In this document: positions 11,301 through 24,416 of the stretch, piece after piece
Layout: each line of letters opens with the position of its first letter
Numbering within the stretch: the stretch's first letter is position 1
From: Trichosphaerium sp. ATCC 40318
Lineage: Eukaryota > Protista > Tubulinea
Reading direction: 5' to 3'
Length of the DNA: 64,000 nucleotides
Assembly: GCA_038496445.1 (NCBI GenBank)
Contig: JALMLS010000593.1
Coordinates: forward strand, 124,001-188,000
Notes under the pieces: model-generated
Seen by the model: only the letters and a program-made list of their open reading frames with translations
Told to the model about the DNA's origin: nothing
The model's database searches: none
Position numbers and translations under genes: made by a program

Positions 11301-14300
11301 GTTCTTCTTGACGTTCTAGTTCTTTGGTGATTGCATCTTCAGCTTCTTGTTCTGCGGTCTCAAGCTTTTGCATAGCTGCATTGAGGTCATCAACACGAAT
11401 ACCTTCCTCAGGAACGAATTCTGGGCGTTCATATTCGCTCAACAAAGCAGCAATCTTTTTAAAGAGTTGCTCAAGGTTGCTTAAGTCATTAACATGTTCA
11501 GCAGAAGGACCAGATTTATAACGATTCCATTCATCTGATTGAGCTCTAGCACCGTCAAGTGTGTTGTCAAACTCTTTTGTTAATGTAGGGATGGTTTCTT
11601 CAACCCATTGTGATAGAGCTTTTGCTCCGTTTGTGTACTCTTCTTTGAGTTCAGTCTCATCTTGTAAGAGTTGTCTCAAATTCCTTGAAGAAAAAAAAAG
11701 TTAAGATTAGTTGAACAATTTGTTGATGAAGGGCGGTTGTGCTTACTTTACGAAGTTGTCAAACTTATCCTTCTCACGGTGAAGTAGAGGTAAGGTCCAG
11801 TTTGTATGTGGATTATCACGAATACCCATGGATGCCATCTCAGATTGCAATGTTTGCAAAGCTTCAAGTTGAGCTTTTTCTGGTTGACCATCTTGGTATG
11901 TCTCATTGATTTTTTCGATTGTTACCTAATGAAGTTATAAGTATTTGACGTTACATAGTAGTCTAGAGTACCTGCGGATCTGGTTCTTTATTGTTCTCTT
12001 TAATAGCATCTTTACGATCTTTTAGAGATTGCTCAAAGGCATCAGCCTTTTCTTTGAACTCAAGTCTCTTTGCTTCCATATCACGTTGTCTTTGTAACTC
12101 AATTTCGAATGCAGAGCGACGTCCTTTAAACGCTTCATCAAGCTTATTATGAGCAGCATCAATATCTTCATTAGTGATAACAGTGTATGGATTATCTGTT
12201 GCATTGAGTTCCTCAAGTTGAGTCCAGATATCATCAAGAGCCTTCTTCTTATCGGCAGAACCCTATTTCCAAAAAAAAATAAGAATCACGTGCTAACTTT
12301 TCTGAATGAAAAAAAATCGTACAGTGTTACTATCGTTCTCGTCTTTATCTAATGTTTCTTTAAAGTCCTCAACGGCCTTGAGAGACTCTCCAAAATTTTG
12401 GTCATTGGCGACACCAAGCTATGAGTATTAGTTAGTTTTGGGTAACTAACTATTAAGTTAATGTGTGTTACCTTATCGCGGTTGTAAGACATGAATTCTT
12501 TGGCGAGTTCGGCGAACTTCTTACGCAAATCTTCGATACGTTGTTGTTCGGCGAGTTTTGCTTGAAGATCAGCCAATTTTTTATCGTACAAGTCCTGGGT
12601 AATACGTTAGTTAGTGTTGAGACTACATTATTATAATAATACCTTCAAACCGTTCCATCTGTTGGTCAAGTCTTCAGCACGTTGTTTCTCACAAGCTTCA
12701 GGGTCTAATGCAAGAATTTGATTTGCTAGATCGTTCAACAAGTCTACGCGTGGCTTGGAATTAGTGTATTCATCACCGAAAGCCTGGAAAATAAGCGTAA
12801 GTAAACGATACTCATCGGTTCAACTTCATTCGAGTTTTTCCTGAGTTGAGACCTTAACGTACCTCGCAGAGCTTCAATTTATTTTGTGCGTCAACTAATG
12901 AAGCGACTTGCTCATCAGTGTTGAGGTAAGCTTCCTTCTTATCTTCCCAGGCTTCCAATTTTTTAGCCTTGCTCTCGAACTTGCTCTTCAAAGCGTCTAA
13001 GCGAAAGATTCATTAGTAAAAGGTAACAAACGGGTAGCAGTGAGTGTACCTAAGCTCTTCAAGCGATCAAGTTCGCTGCGAAGCCAGTCCAAACGCTCTT
13101 GTTCTTCTTTTCCTAGAGTGTTCCATACATCATCGAGGTCAGATGGGCTAAGACCATCTGCTGGTTCGAATGGCTTTCTGTCATTTGCCTTAAGCTTCAT
13201 TTGGATACTATTGAAAAGAGATTCAAGATCTACTTTTTCTCCGGCTTTTGGAGGCTATAAAACAAATATTTAGCGTATACACATACAATATAGGTTAACC
13301 GCATACCTTATCGTTTGTTTGGTGGTCATTGAGCTCACCAATTTTCTTTTTAATATCAGCGACAGTGCCATCTGTTGTACGGTCCTTCATCTCTGGTACT
13401 TTAGAGTCAATCCAGTCACGTAGCTAAATATGACGTCATTAGAGTAGCGATTCTTTTTTTTTTTTGTAACACATTTACAATGCGGTCCGAGAAAACTTTT
13501 CAGAAAGTTTTTCAACCGCTTGTCTACGCGAAAGGCAAGAAAAATAATAAAGGACGTTTTTAGTACCTCTTTAGCACGAGTATTGTAGTCCTGTGTCATT
13601 TGTTCAATAGAACTGGCAAAGTCTACCAATTTACCAATACGACGTCCAGCAACCTCTTGTTTGTTGCTGCTAGCGAAGACGTGGTAGAATTGAGCAATGT
13701 AAGTCATTACAGAGCGCTCATCAGGTTTTGGTACATCAACTACATCTTCAACATCCAAGAGTTGAGGAATACCAAGCTCCTTCTCAGCTACTTCGAAAGC
13801 CAACTTCAAGTTTTCTCTTGGGTTTTCCTATTAAATAAGTTTTAACACAAACGGCAACGACTGCATAGTCCCCAAACTAATAACAAAGGAACGTACGTTA
13901 TTCAAGGTATCATAAGGTATCAAATCTGGGCGATGAGCGTGAATCAAGGCGCACAAAGCCATACCGTCCTTTGTAAGTGATTAGCGTTTAATTGGGACAT
14001 AAGGGAAGGAGTGGTATGTACCTGCCAGGAAGTGTGGAAGTTCTTAATACCAGGAGGATCAACTTGGCGGTAACCTTTGGTCTTTTTACGGCACCTGAAG
14101 AGAAAATTATCAATAAAACTGTTTTGATGGCTTTTTTTTTGTTTGTAGTGATCTCCTACGTACCAGAGCAATAGAGCTTCTTTAGCTGTGAGCTCTTCTT
14201 CAGTAATATCATCAATAGAAAACTTTTGGATGATAATCCATACAAGACCCAAGAGGAGCTTTAAGTTTCCATCTACGATATCTATATTGCTATATTAGAT

Positions 14301-14887
14301 AACATGGTGACGTATTTGCTAAAAAAGAAAGTGCTCATTGTACGTATTTGGCAAAAAACCAAAAAAACAAAAAAAACAAAAAAACCAAGTTTAAACTCAA
14401 AATCGTGTAAAACAATCGTACCCTCAGGCCCAATATTCAATAGACGAATCCCCTGAGCTTTAAGGAAGTTCAAACCAGTTGATACATTACCAACCATTTG
14501 AATTCTTATACGAGGGCGCTTTTCGTAGCGGCCCAAGTTCTGGCTTGATATAATCTCCAAGAATTGGATAAGCTTGATACCATCTGGTACAAAAGTAGTG
14601 AGTTTTAGTTTAATAAAGGAGAAACTGTTGTAGAGTGATATTTAATAGCGTTTTTATAGCATAAAACAGCGCTAGCGCGGAAAGTACTTCACAAAAAAAA
14701 AAACCGTTTGTTTACCTTTGAAACCAGTTTGGAGATCATCTATTTTCATTCCACGGCGCATCATGAAGGAATTTATCCATTTTGTGAAAGTCTGTAGTGT
14801 TTTAAGCGTTACTTTGGTAGATCTTGATTCTCAGCTTACCTTTTTTTGAATTCTGACCCATGCGGCCTCTGGTTTACCTTGGGACAT
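8372..14887 (-). CDS. Alpha-actinin/spectrin-family protein: CH-CH actin-binding domain, long spectrin-repeat rod, C-terminal EF-hands; about 28 exons, about 1500 aa
   Basis: [59 protein letters not shown], repeated helical W-containing units, [14 protein letters not shown], and a [10 protein letters not shown]-terminus. Confidence 0.9.
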
Positions 14888-15663
14888 TGTCTGTATAATA
14901 AATTAGTTAGGTACAACTGAGATCAATAAAAGGAAAACGTTTTATAAACCGTATTACGATAGAACGTAGTCGTTTACCGCGATTTTGAGCGTTAGTTTGG
15001 GTTTTGCAGTAGAAGGTAGTAACCGCAACTACAAACCACTTTTTTCGCTAGATATAAGCGATATTGGACTCAAAGGAATACGTACAAGGTGCAACGGTTG
15101 TTGAGGAAGACTATTGTGAATCAAAATGAAAAAATTATGAGTTTTACGAGAATGTGAGTTGTCAAGTTATGTGTTCACGTCAACACATTGCAAAAAGACA
15201 ATTTACACGTAGAAACAAAAGACTGAAAAACCTACTATCCTAAAAAGACATATTTTATTAAATTACGACATCACCTGGTGTACTATGTATTAATTGTTTT
15301 TTTTCCACAATAGTCATTATTGGTGTTAAATCAAGGCGTATTGTTTGTGTATGACACTACTGTAGTATCTTTGTAAATTAGAATTCCAATTGGAATGTAT
15401 TGTTAGATACAGACTCAGTAGTGCGGTAGTCATGCTATGTCGGTTTGTACTATTGCTGTAGTTGAATTGTAAAGAGTGCAACTAATACAAGATTACCCAC
15501 AAAGTTGTTGGTGTATTTTTGGACGACCAGAAAAAGATGTAGAAGAAAGAACTTGGGTGTAGGTTACAAAGATTATGAAGTTATTAAATATCATTTAAAC
15601 AGAGTTACACCATGTACTTATAGAAAGACATTATCGTAGATAATTGATTTTTGTCAAGCTGTG

Positions 15664-17789
15664 TTAGCTGGCTGGAGTATCATCACAGAGGTTCAGGTAT
15701 GCTTCTCCTACTTCTGGTACAACAACGTCTGGGATTTCAGAGAATACTTCAAATCTATCTTCATGTACTTGACCATAAACGTTTACAGAACTTGGAACAC
15801 GCAATCCAAAATCTTCTATCTTTTCAAGGAATTCATCTATATCGATGTCGACGTCCTCTAAATCTTCTGCAATACTGCTGATAACCCCTTTCGTGGCGGT
15901 TATCATATCGTTACTCAACTTTTTGCACGTGTTAGTTGATATTCAACAGATCTTTCGTTACCTTAAATAATGGAACTTGATCACCTATCATTTCAACTTC
16001 GTTTTCTGATTCTTTTTCTTCTTGCACTAATGTCTCAATAGCTTTCCTGTTTGTAGCAATCAATATCTGTCTATCTTTCCAAGCGTGCTTGACACCAACA
16101 CAAACCCGTCCTTCGTCACCAAAGTCGAAGTTCCAGAGTGTAACACCTCAACAAATAATAAGAAACCAAGTGAACTTCTGTCACATGTGTGTTTCAGCGT
16201 ACCTTTAAAGTGTTCCTTTGTAATGTCAATATTTGTACCAGCTACATAGTTACACAATCTGGCAGTACCAAGTGCCATCGTAGCTAGCATTGTATGATAT
16301 AGATCAACAACAATAACTCCAGGAACATCTCGTATACCATTGAGAAAAACTGATTTTTGTTCAGGAGATTTGTTGGTTGACTTTTTCACGCAGTCGTAGA
16401 TGTCAAAATCACTTGTAGAAAAAGTGGCATAAGCATGTTGACCTAAGCCTTAGATAAGGATATCAATTATGTATCTTTAAGGAAGCTTACCAAAGCCAAG
16501 TGTGGAAACAAATGAACTGAATGAAAACCACCTCCCAATGTGGTACAATGGCTTATCTTCAAATTGTTTTTTCATCATTCTATTTAATTGAACATAAGCT
16601 ACACTCCATGGTACAGCGAAGAAGAAGTCTGAGTTTTCAAATATCTGAAGGAGTAAAAGTTAGAGTGGATCGATTATTTTTATGAAATCCTCAAATATCG
16701 AACTTGTTTTACCTTCTTTGGCACTCTAAGGTTGATAGGATGGCAATCAACATGTACAGAAGTAGATAAACTTATTGTTGATGGGTCCTTAAGCGAAGCT
16801 GTGGCTCGAGTTTTCATACCAGTTTGCTTGTCAAGAAAAAACAAAGAAGCAATGTTACTTGGTTTTGTTTCATCTGCATATTCTTTCTGGTCACGTATCA
16901 ACCCAGGCAAATACTCTTGCTGATTCGATGGTAGCACCTTATTGCGTATGTGTTAATGAGGTAATATGAACGTCGATGCGAATGTACCCAAACATCGTTG
17001 TCGTTAGGAGTCGCAACAGCATAATCAGGTGTCAATTCGTTTATTTCTTTTGCAATTTCTTCTCCTGTTCTGTCTTTTGAAGAAAGTAATAAACCTCCTT
17101 TGGTAGACGCAAAGATCTTCACCCGGTTCATATTTTTATCCTTGAGAAAGTTTGCACCGATGCGCATATTATCCATAAAATCCTCTTTATCATCCTTTTT
17201 GACTAACAATTCCATAAATAGCTAATAGCACCATAAATTTACACGTGATTTTTAAACGTACATGTACTACGAAACAATTCTCCAAGTGAGCTATTTTCGA
17301 ATTGTTCCCATATAAAATGCAACTGTGGACCATTTGGTAAATCCACAAGCATAACTTCTTTTAAGTCTGTTTTCTGAAAAACAGCTAAGTCAGTTTTGAA
17401 CCGAAATGACTTTAATACCTTTGAAGTAGCTTCTACTGCTTCATTTGATTCTTCGCAACTTGCTATCATGCTAGTATTATAAAAGGAAGCCAATGCAAGG
17501 CTTGAAAACGATAAACAACCTCCTAGAGCTACCACCGCCGGCGGTTTGGCGTATCTGACCTAGTTAGGCATTGTATTACATATTATAGTACCTGACAGCT
17601 TTAAGAGCGTTTGTAAAAGCTATTGGTATTGTCCTGTTAAACCACATCCACGCTACAGCCTGTTTGACATACTTTGCTACTTAACTATCCTTCCTTAACA
17701 AGCAGTGAGTTCACTGCTCTAATATTCACGTAAAAACTCAACTAGAGCTTCTGGATAAAGCGAGAAGACTATAGGAGTTGTGATGGACA
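15664..17789 (-). CDS. Hypothetical multi-exon protein, no recognisable family
   Basis: A chain of same-strand exon-like ORFs (17239-17535, 16898-17215, 16680-16937, 16060-16389, 15664-15918) separated by GT-AG introns. The start is uncertain. Confidence 0.55.
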
Positions 17790-17884
17790 TTCTCTGGAGC
17801 AAATAAATATCGACCACATTGACTTCTGTCAATGGCAAAGTATGCGATATTTTTTTTTTTTACAAACAGTTATTTATGTGCAGA

Positions 17885-20880
17885 TTACACAGTTTTAAAA
17901 TGTGGTACAACACGCTGTTTTACAACGTAAATTACGCCAATAGCGACTACAACTTCTATGATACCAAGAACCAAAAAGCCGATATTGATATTAGGGTTAT
18001 TTTGTTTAAAGAATGTAAGACTCAAAGACCATCTAAGAAAAAAGTCAGACAAAAAAAAGCAAAAAAAGCAAACAAGTAGAGTTAGAAAATGCTGAAAATC
18101 GTACGTTGCTTCTGTCCATATTTCTTTAGAATCATCTACAATGGTGTAATACCCTGTTGCTTTCTCATAAAGTCCAGTACTGAAGATATTGGTTAGATAC
18201 AATTGTAATAACAATATCAAAGCATCAACGAACCTCATAGCTTTATGCCATCTAACTAGTGATCCAATACAATGTCCTGATTCACTGCATTCCATAAGAG
18301 CCTATTTCGAGAATAAGAAAAAAACTGTTGGACCCAAAAAAAACGAAGGAAAAAAGTATTGCAAATACGAACAGGGCATGAGTGTTTCTTGTCACAAGAC
18401 ATATCCTTGTGGTTAATAGCTCCAAGACGGAACAACCATTCATACAAGAAAAAGTTCCATGTATTTCTTCTATTCTCACTGTAGACACTAGAATAATGCG
18501 TAGGCACAGAGGAGAAACCTAAAAGAAAGAGTTTACAAAAGAAACAAAAAAAAAAAGAAAGGAAATTAAAGAGCAACAACATTTTGTTGTCTAAAAAACA
18601 CTGGTTTCTGTATGTACCTTCTTTAAATATTCCTCTCATTGTAGAACAACTTCCATTAACCAACATACATTCGAGTAATTCAGAAACAATTGTACAGTTT
18701 GCTTTAACATTACTATTAGGTGGCATACCAACTTGATCCCATATAAGTTTAGTAAGCATAGTAGACGCCTCACAAACCAATTGAGAGTCAACTGTTCTAT
18801 CAAAAATACCATGATAGTGACTTAAATAGAAGTAAATAAGTTACCTTCGAAAAAGGAAAAAAGGAAAGTCACTTTCTGAAGTGAATATTGGATTGTTATT
18901 ATCTCCGTACGCATTATTGTATTCAGTATTATGATCAGTAATTACTATAGTCTTAGCAGCCATTTTTTTATCTTGTTTAATAAACGACATTGATGACGAA
19001 GGTGGAAGACCTTTAGTGCTTGTACTCAATTTTAATTCAAGATTTTCAGTATCAGCACCAGCCTAAAGATATCCAAACACTTTAGTACAAGTAATACATA
19101 CCTTACCGACAAAGGAAAGAATAGAATAAAGCAAATCAAATCAAGAACAAACTCAAAAAAAGACAGAAAAACGTACTTGAAGTGCAGCTTCTACAAGAAG
19201 ACTTGTTTTACTGGCATCCTCGTGTTGGTGTATAAACAAAGAACTACCTTATGGGATATAAGATTCAAATAGTCTCATTGTGTGCTCTCAATACAAAAAC
19301 AAAGTTTAAACATACCTCCATTTTTAGTTAATCCAACTTGTTTCAACTCAATGATAGATTCGATTTTAGAGAAATCAATGTTTTTGAAATCAAGGTTTGA
19401 ATAACCTGCAGGAGACTCACAACCACCTGATTTTGCTGTTTTTTCACAAGAGAATGATGATATATCTCTAGCAAATCTGCTTGATCCAACATAGCCGAAA
19501 GTTTCGCCATCAAACCAAGCAAAGATAACATTCTTTGAATACTTCTGTAGGTCGCTTGCACGTGTCAATCTCTGTTTTCAGTTGTTAGTTAGAAAGTTCA
19601 GAAAGTATAATAAGCGTACAAGATATTGGTAGGCACCCATTAAAGCAACAGTCCCAGAAATATCGGAATCAGCACCCAAAGCGTAATCTTGGAAGAAACT
19701 AATTATCTTGTTAAAAAAAATACCTTGATGTTACGCTCTCTCTGTGGCTACAAAAAATACCTTATTGTGTCCATAGATGCGATAACAAGTATGGTATCTT
19801 TATCTTCCTTAATCTCTTCAACTGATGACCATACAGACTGTCCACCAACAGGTTGACATTGACCTGAATAAAACAAGTAAGCAAAAAAAAATTCCACAAA
19901 CATTTTGATTCTTTGTTCTTTTCAAAGTTTTCTCTTCGTACTTCTCCTCAAACATGTTTTTGAGTCATGTGTTGCTTGCATAAATACATTAAGAGTAGCA
20001 GACCACCTAGGCCAGGTATTGTAGTTCCCTTTCTGATTATCTTTGGCTTTCTAACTAATTTTAACAAAAACAAGCAAAAACGACGTTTGGATTGTTACTA
20101 CTTCGTACGTTAATGACTCCTACTGACTCTTCGTTCGTTAAACCCCATATTGGAAACGGGTATTCGTAAAAGAGACTTGATTTGCCCTTATCATTCCAAG
20201 CGTATGTTGTATTCAAACCACTGCGTTCGTTTGGTATTCTAGAATCAGGAGAGAAGCCGCCTAAGACGCCGTTTAGAAAAGAAAAAAAATTTAAGGGGTT
20301 GTGGAAATCGTATATTTACGCTGTGGGGGTAGTCCATGAGTGACGTTTGTCACTATTACACCTTTTATAACGCCTTTTAGATCGTTGATAAACTTTGATG
20401 GATCACTAAGCAAGCTTTTGGGAAGCAGGTTAGTTTTCTTGCGCGTATAGGGTCTTAGGTACGTACTCTGCGAAAATAGTGACGCTCATTACTACAACAT
20501 GATGCTTTAACTTTTTCTTTTCGTCTTTAGATTGCACAAGTTGATTGTACATCTCTTTAGACTCTGCAACGTTTCAGAATTGTCAAGTATACTTTTTACT
20601 TACCGATCCAATACAAATAACCTGTAGAGCCATCCATACCCGCTAATTACATGTAAGGATGTATTATTTATGTAAATTGGCGTACTTGTGCAGCCGATTG
20701 GTTGAGAGTTGTTGAGTAACCTAACGCAAGGAAACCCTGCTACTTCAGTGTATATAGGTAATCCTTGTTCATCTGACGCCCCTTTTTGAAAAAAACAATT
20801 AGACTTGCAATTGAAAGCCGTTACGCACCAGATAACGAAAATAGGCACAATAGTGTCACTACGAGAGCACCAGTCAGCAT
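17885..20880 (-). CDS. NCSTN: Nicastrin (gamma-secretase subunit), multi-exon
   Basis: Signal peptide, PCVRLLNNSQPIGC, GADSDISG, FDGETFGYVGSSRF, GLPPSSSMSF, WTE motif and a single C-terminal TM helix. Confidence 0.9.
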
Positions 20881-21125
20881 GATTGCTGTTCGTTTAACAC
20901 TATGCTTAATCGCAATGACTGGCTTAACGTAATTGATCCGTTGCACCCGTAGTGCATAGCACTACAATTTATACGCCCTTTGTGTGCGATAAAAAAGTCT
21001 CTTGCCGTTTTCTAACGCGGGAAGGTTTATTAACACTTTTTGTTGCACTACCTGGCTACTTCGCAACTATGAGCGCCAGAAAAAAGAGGAAATTGATCGT
21101 AAGTCGCAAATGAAGCTGACATTTT

Positions 21126-21185
21126 TGTCATTTGCGAAAACCACTTTTTTTTTCTTTCAAAATGTTTACGTTTAAAAGAAAGTAC
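21126..21185 (+). promoter_or_regulatory. U6-like upstream Pol III promoter
   Basis: TGTCATTTGCGAAAACCAC-T9-CTTTCAAAATGTTTACGTTTAAAAGAAAGTAC aligns with the U6 upstream sequence TGCCATTTCTTTAAAACCACAA-T7-CTCAATCAAAAGTTCTGTGTTTAAAAATGGTAC. Confidence 0.6.
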
Positions 21186-21199
21186 TTTACCACCCAAAT

Positions 21200-21471
21200 G
21201 CTTCGAATCTCCTCGCCCGAGCTCTCTGCGATACGAACATGCTTCCCCGCGTCGTGCTACCTGTTCACAATCACTATTGCGACAATGCGACCGCGAGCGG
21301 TCCACTAGCGCACACCAGGAGCACGGATGGTGCCCGAGCTGCCACGTTCAAGAGGCAGCCGGTCGGCCTTCACCGGCCTAGTCCATCCGCTTGGATAACC
21401 TTGTGAGCTGCAACATGGTGTGTAACGCGGTTGCCATGGAAAGTTCGTCTCTCCAGGGATACCTTTTTTTT
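21200..21471 (+). ncRNA. Unidentified structured ~265-nt RNA, probable Pol III transcript
   Basis: About 59% GC (153/260 by count) in an AT-rich background, U6-like promoter at U6-like spacing, T8 terminator at 21464-21471, and many nested complementary helices. Confidence 0.7.
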
Positions 21472-22159
21472 CAACACTCACTGCAGCTGCTTAGAGGGAT
21501 GTTGATGGTAAAAAATCGATAATAAATAAGAGTACAGAGGCGATATGTGAGATGTACAAAGAACTATGTAGGTGTAGAAGCTAAACGTCGTAAATGAATG
21601 GTTTCTGAATGCTATAATGCATACTAACATACCTAAAAATAAAACGCCGTTTCGTTTGTAAACAGTTTTAATCCGATTTTTTTTTGAGCTCGTTAACGAA
21701 CACCACTGAATCAGTGGTGTACAAGGGCTAATGTAAATAAAAGGTGCCAAATAGATATGCCACAGCCCGAAAACAGTATTTTATTCTATGGCGTGGTGCA
21801 CCTGTTTGCAACACTTGTTATTGTGTTGTTTCAAATCAGTGTGTTTGCAGACCATCACTCCTTTTACCATTGTACGTTCTCAAAATAGTTAAAAAAGGCA
21901 TGGTTTTCATTAAACGGAATTGACCCAGGATAGATATTGATAAAAAAGAGGTTGATCCCATTTTCGTCATTACTCAAAACCTAAACATTCCACTTTTATT
22001 TGATTAATAACCAATTTGATCGAGTCAAGTGACAAGTTGCATGATTTCGTTTACATAGTTTACCATTTCTGGCTTTAAAAAGTGTATTGTTAATTTTTTC
22101 ATGGTGAAATCCGGTTTGCTGAAGTTAATTGCCGAAAGATCCATGTCTGCTTTGGTGGT

Positions 22160-22490
22160 GGTGTGTCTTCTCTTGATGAGTTCTTTGTTCGCTTTTCTTT
22201 AAAGGATTCAGCGATGTATTTACGTATGTTCCCAACCGGCTTGAGTTGAGACACGCCATTTTACGTAAGTAGAATCTGTGAATAGGTGCATAGGTTGGTC
22301 GATTGGGACGACTTTGACAGCTACTATAGCTGCTTCAAGTTCCGCTGCATCGATGTCTCGCTTAGTGACAGCTCTGCAGGCTAGGTTGAGATTTCTTTCA
22401 CCAAAGTATACTCCAACACAAGCCACATTACCATTTTTCTTTTTGAATTCGTGAACCGTCTGTCCAAACACAGACAGTTTCTTTATGCCA
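22160..22490 (-). pseudogene. Degenerate RNase HI domain, probably a retroelement relic
   Basis: VWTDGS, frameshift in an A-run (22434-22438), then GVYFG...AAELEAAIVA...LFTDSTYV..W..GW, a stop, then ANKELI. The final H..GNE.AD motif is absent. Confidence 0.7.
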
Positions 22491-22601
22491 ATACCAGTCA
22501 ACATCAACGCTACTATCAATGGAGTAGTTACAAGGAAAAGAAAATGGTTGAAAATGGTTAAAAATAGGTTCACTAAAACTGAAAACTCCAAAAAAGCAAC
22601 A

Positions 22602-23959
22602 ATGGACACGTTACCTCCAGAAATCTTTCAAATGATAATGATAGAGCTTCCGCCTGCTACTATCCGCTTATGTAGGCTGGTGTGCCACGAATGGACGTAT
22701 TCATCAAGCAGTGAATCCGTTTGGGAGAAAATAGTACATGAAGAGTTTGGTTCGACTCGCTCGTCATTCTCAGACGTTGATACATCATCAGAAGCGTTCT
22801 GGTTTGATTTTTGCAAGCGTTTAGGTAAATACACAAAAAACTGCGCTGTTTAACTGACAAGTAATCAAGAACACTCTCAAAGTGGCCCACTCATACCAGA
22901 ATGTATTACAACAACCGGTACGCATGTTAACTTTACATAGAGCGACTTTTTGTGTTTTCTCTCCTAAATATAAACAAAGTGTCGATAGTCTATATTCTTA
23001 TGTTTTAAAGGTAGCAGATGGGATTACAACGGGAGTCGGCCAGAAAATGACAAAGAGTATCAGTATGGTCCTCGAAACATGGTAAATAAATCCCCATACG
23101 CCTGCGTTTGTGAAACTGACTATTTTAAAGACATTTAAAACAGGATCTGCTTATTGCACAGCCGCTGGATTAAACAAAAATGTAGATGTAGTGTACACAA
23201 TGAGCGACCTTGTTTTCTTAAAGGGTATCGTTGTAGGACGCCCTTCTGGAATGTACGCCTCCAAACTCAAAAACTTTCTTTTTTCAAAATGTGTCTACTG
23301 CCCTGTTAAGGGTGTGCTAGTGTCTCGGATTTCGTTTGCAGATATCTGCTAGTTCGCTTATGATGCTGATGTAATTTTTAGGTACACAGCACACCTTGAT
23401 TCAGCGCTAATATGGGTTCTTAACGGTATGTCGTCTTTTTTTTTTTTTTTCTTCTTCAAATGTTAAATTTCTTTTATCTAGAAATGCCTAATTTTGACGA
23501 TTACGAAGCATTCAATTCTATGACCGAACCTGAGTATATGGATTACGTCGAAAAAGGAGGAGCTAACCTCCCACATTTAACATTCTTCGAAATAAACGAA
23601 CAAATGGAAGTACGTTTTGCTTCAGAGTAGCTCTTTTTTTTGTTTTGCTATTGAGCCAATAATATCGAGTTTCTAAGCTTTTTAGGACCGTCGTGTCTCA
23701 TTAGATTGTATGGTTAAAGCAGGTAAACATATTTACATAAAACTATTGAGTGCAAATGGCGATCAGGTACGAGAATAAAGCAAAAACCTTTTTTTGTTAA
23801 TTTTATTTACTTACAAAAACTACTTAGCAAAATATTGATATTGGATATCTTATATGCCACGGTGTTCATACTGGAGTTCAAGGAAATACGGCAGCTGAAA
23901 ATCGTTCTGATTATGGTATGAAAATCAGAACTGTCTATCATCAATCAGACAAGGCATAG
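22602..23959 (+). CDS. F-box protein, multi-exon, with an unrecognised C-terminal domain
   Basis: MDTLPPEIFQMIMIELPPATIRLCRLVCHEW...W is an F-box; downstream GT-AG exons run to TAG at 23957-23959. Confidence 0.75.
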
Positions 23960-24416
23960 TTTCTCAGTTTTATCAAACCTCATAAATAAAAATACTCAAA
24001 AAATAGAATTTGATGTACACTTTTTTCAAGCCATACCAAGTCACACGTGATTTTGCTTACACGAAATTTCACGAAATTGTACTTTTGGTATGTATTGTTG
24101 CGTAGCTACGATTACATTGGTTTTTTTTTACTCTCGATAGCAGAATATTTCTCGAGAACTACCTGAAATTAAAATCATGATTTTTATCCAGATTTTTATC
24201 TCCAATACTTCGCTAACAACATCACGTGATCAAAAAAAACCTCAAGAATTTGGATTATTCATACATCGCATAGATAATAAACAACTATCAAGCGCTTTCC
24301 ATAACTACAAAACGAAGTTTTTACTGGCGAACAATTTTCTTATTAGAATTCTTTTGCGTTAGTTGTCGCTAACCAAGGCAACAAATAAAATCTACAACAA
24401 CAAGTTCAACACATCT

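Noticed and set aside
21048-21305. 85-aa minus-strand ORF over the GC-rich island
   Set aside because: Non-ATG start, runs through homopolymer tracts and has no recognisable motif; the RNA interpretation explains the region better.
21200-21471. Assignment of the ncRNA as SRP RNA, RNase P/MRP RNA or telomerase RNA
   Set aside because: CCAGG and AGCA are adjacent with no GNRA-capped helix 8; GGAAAGTTC lies at the 3' end rather than the 5' end; no CTAACCCT-type template is present. None can be asserted.
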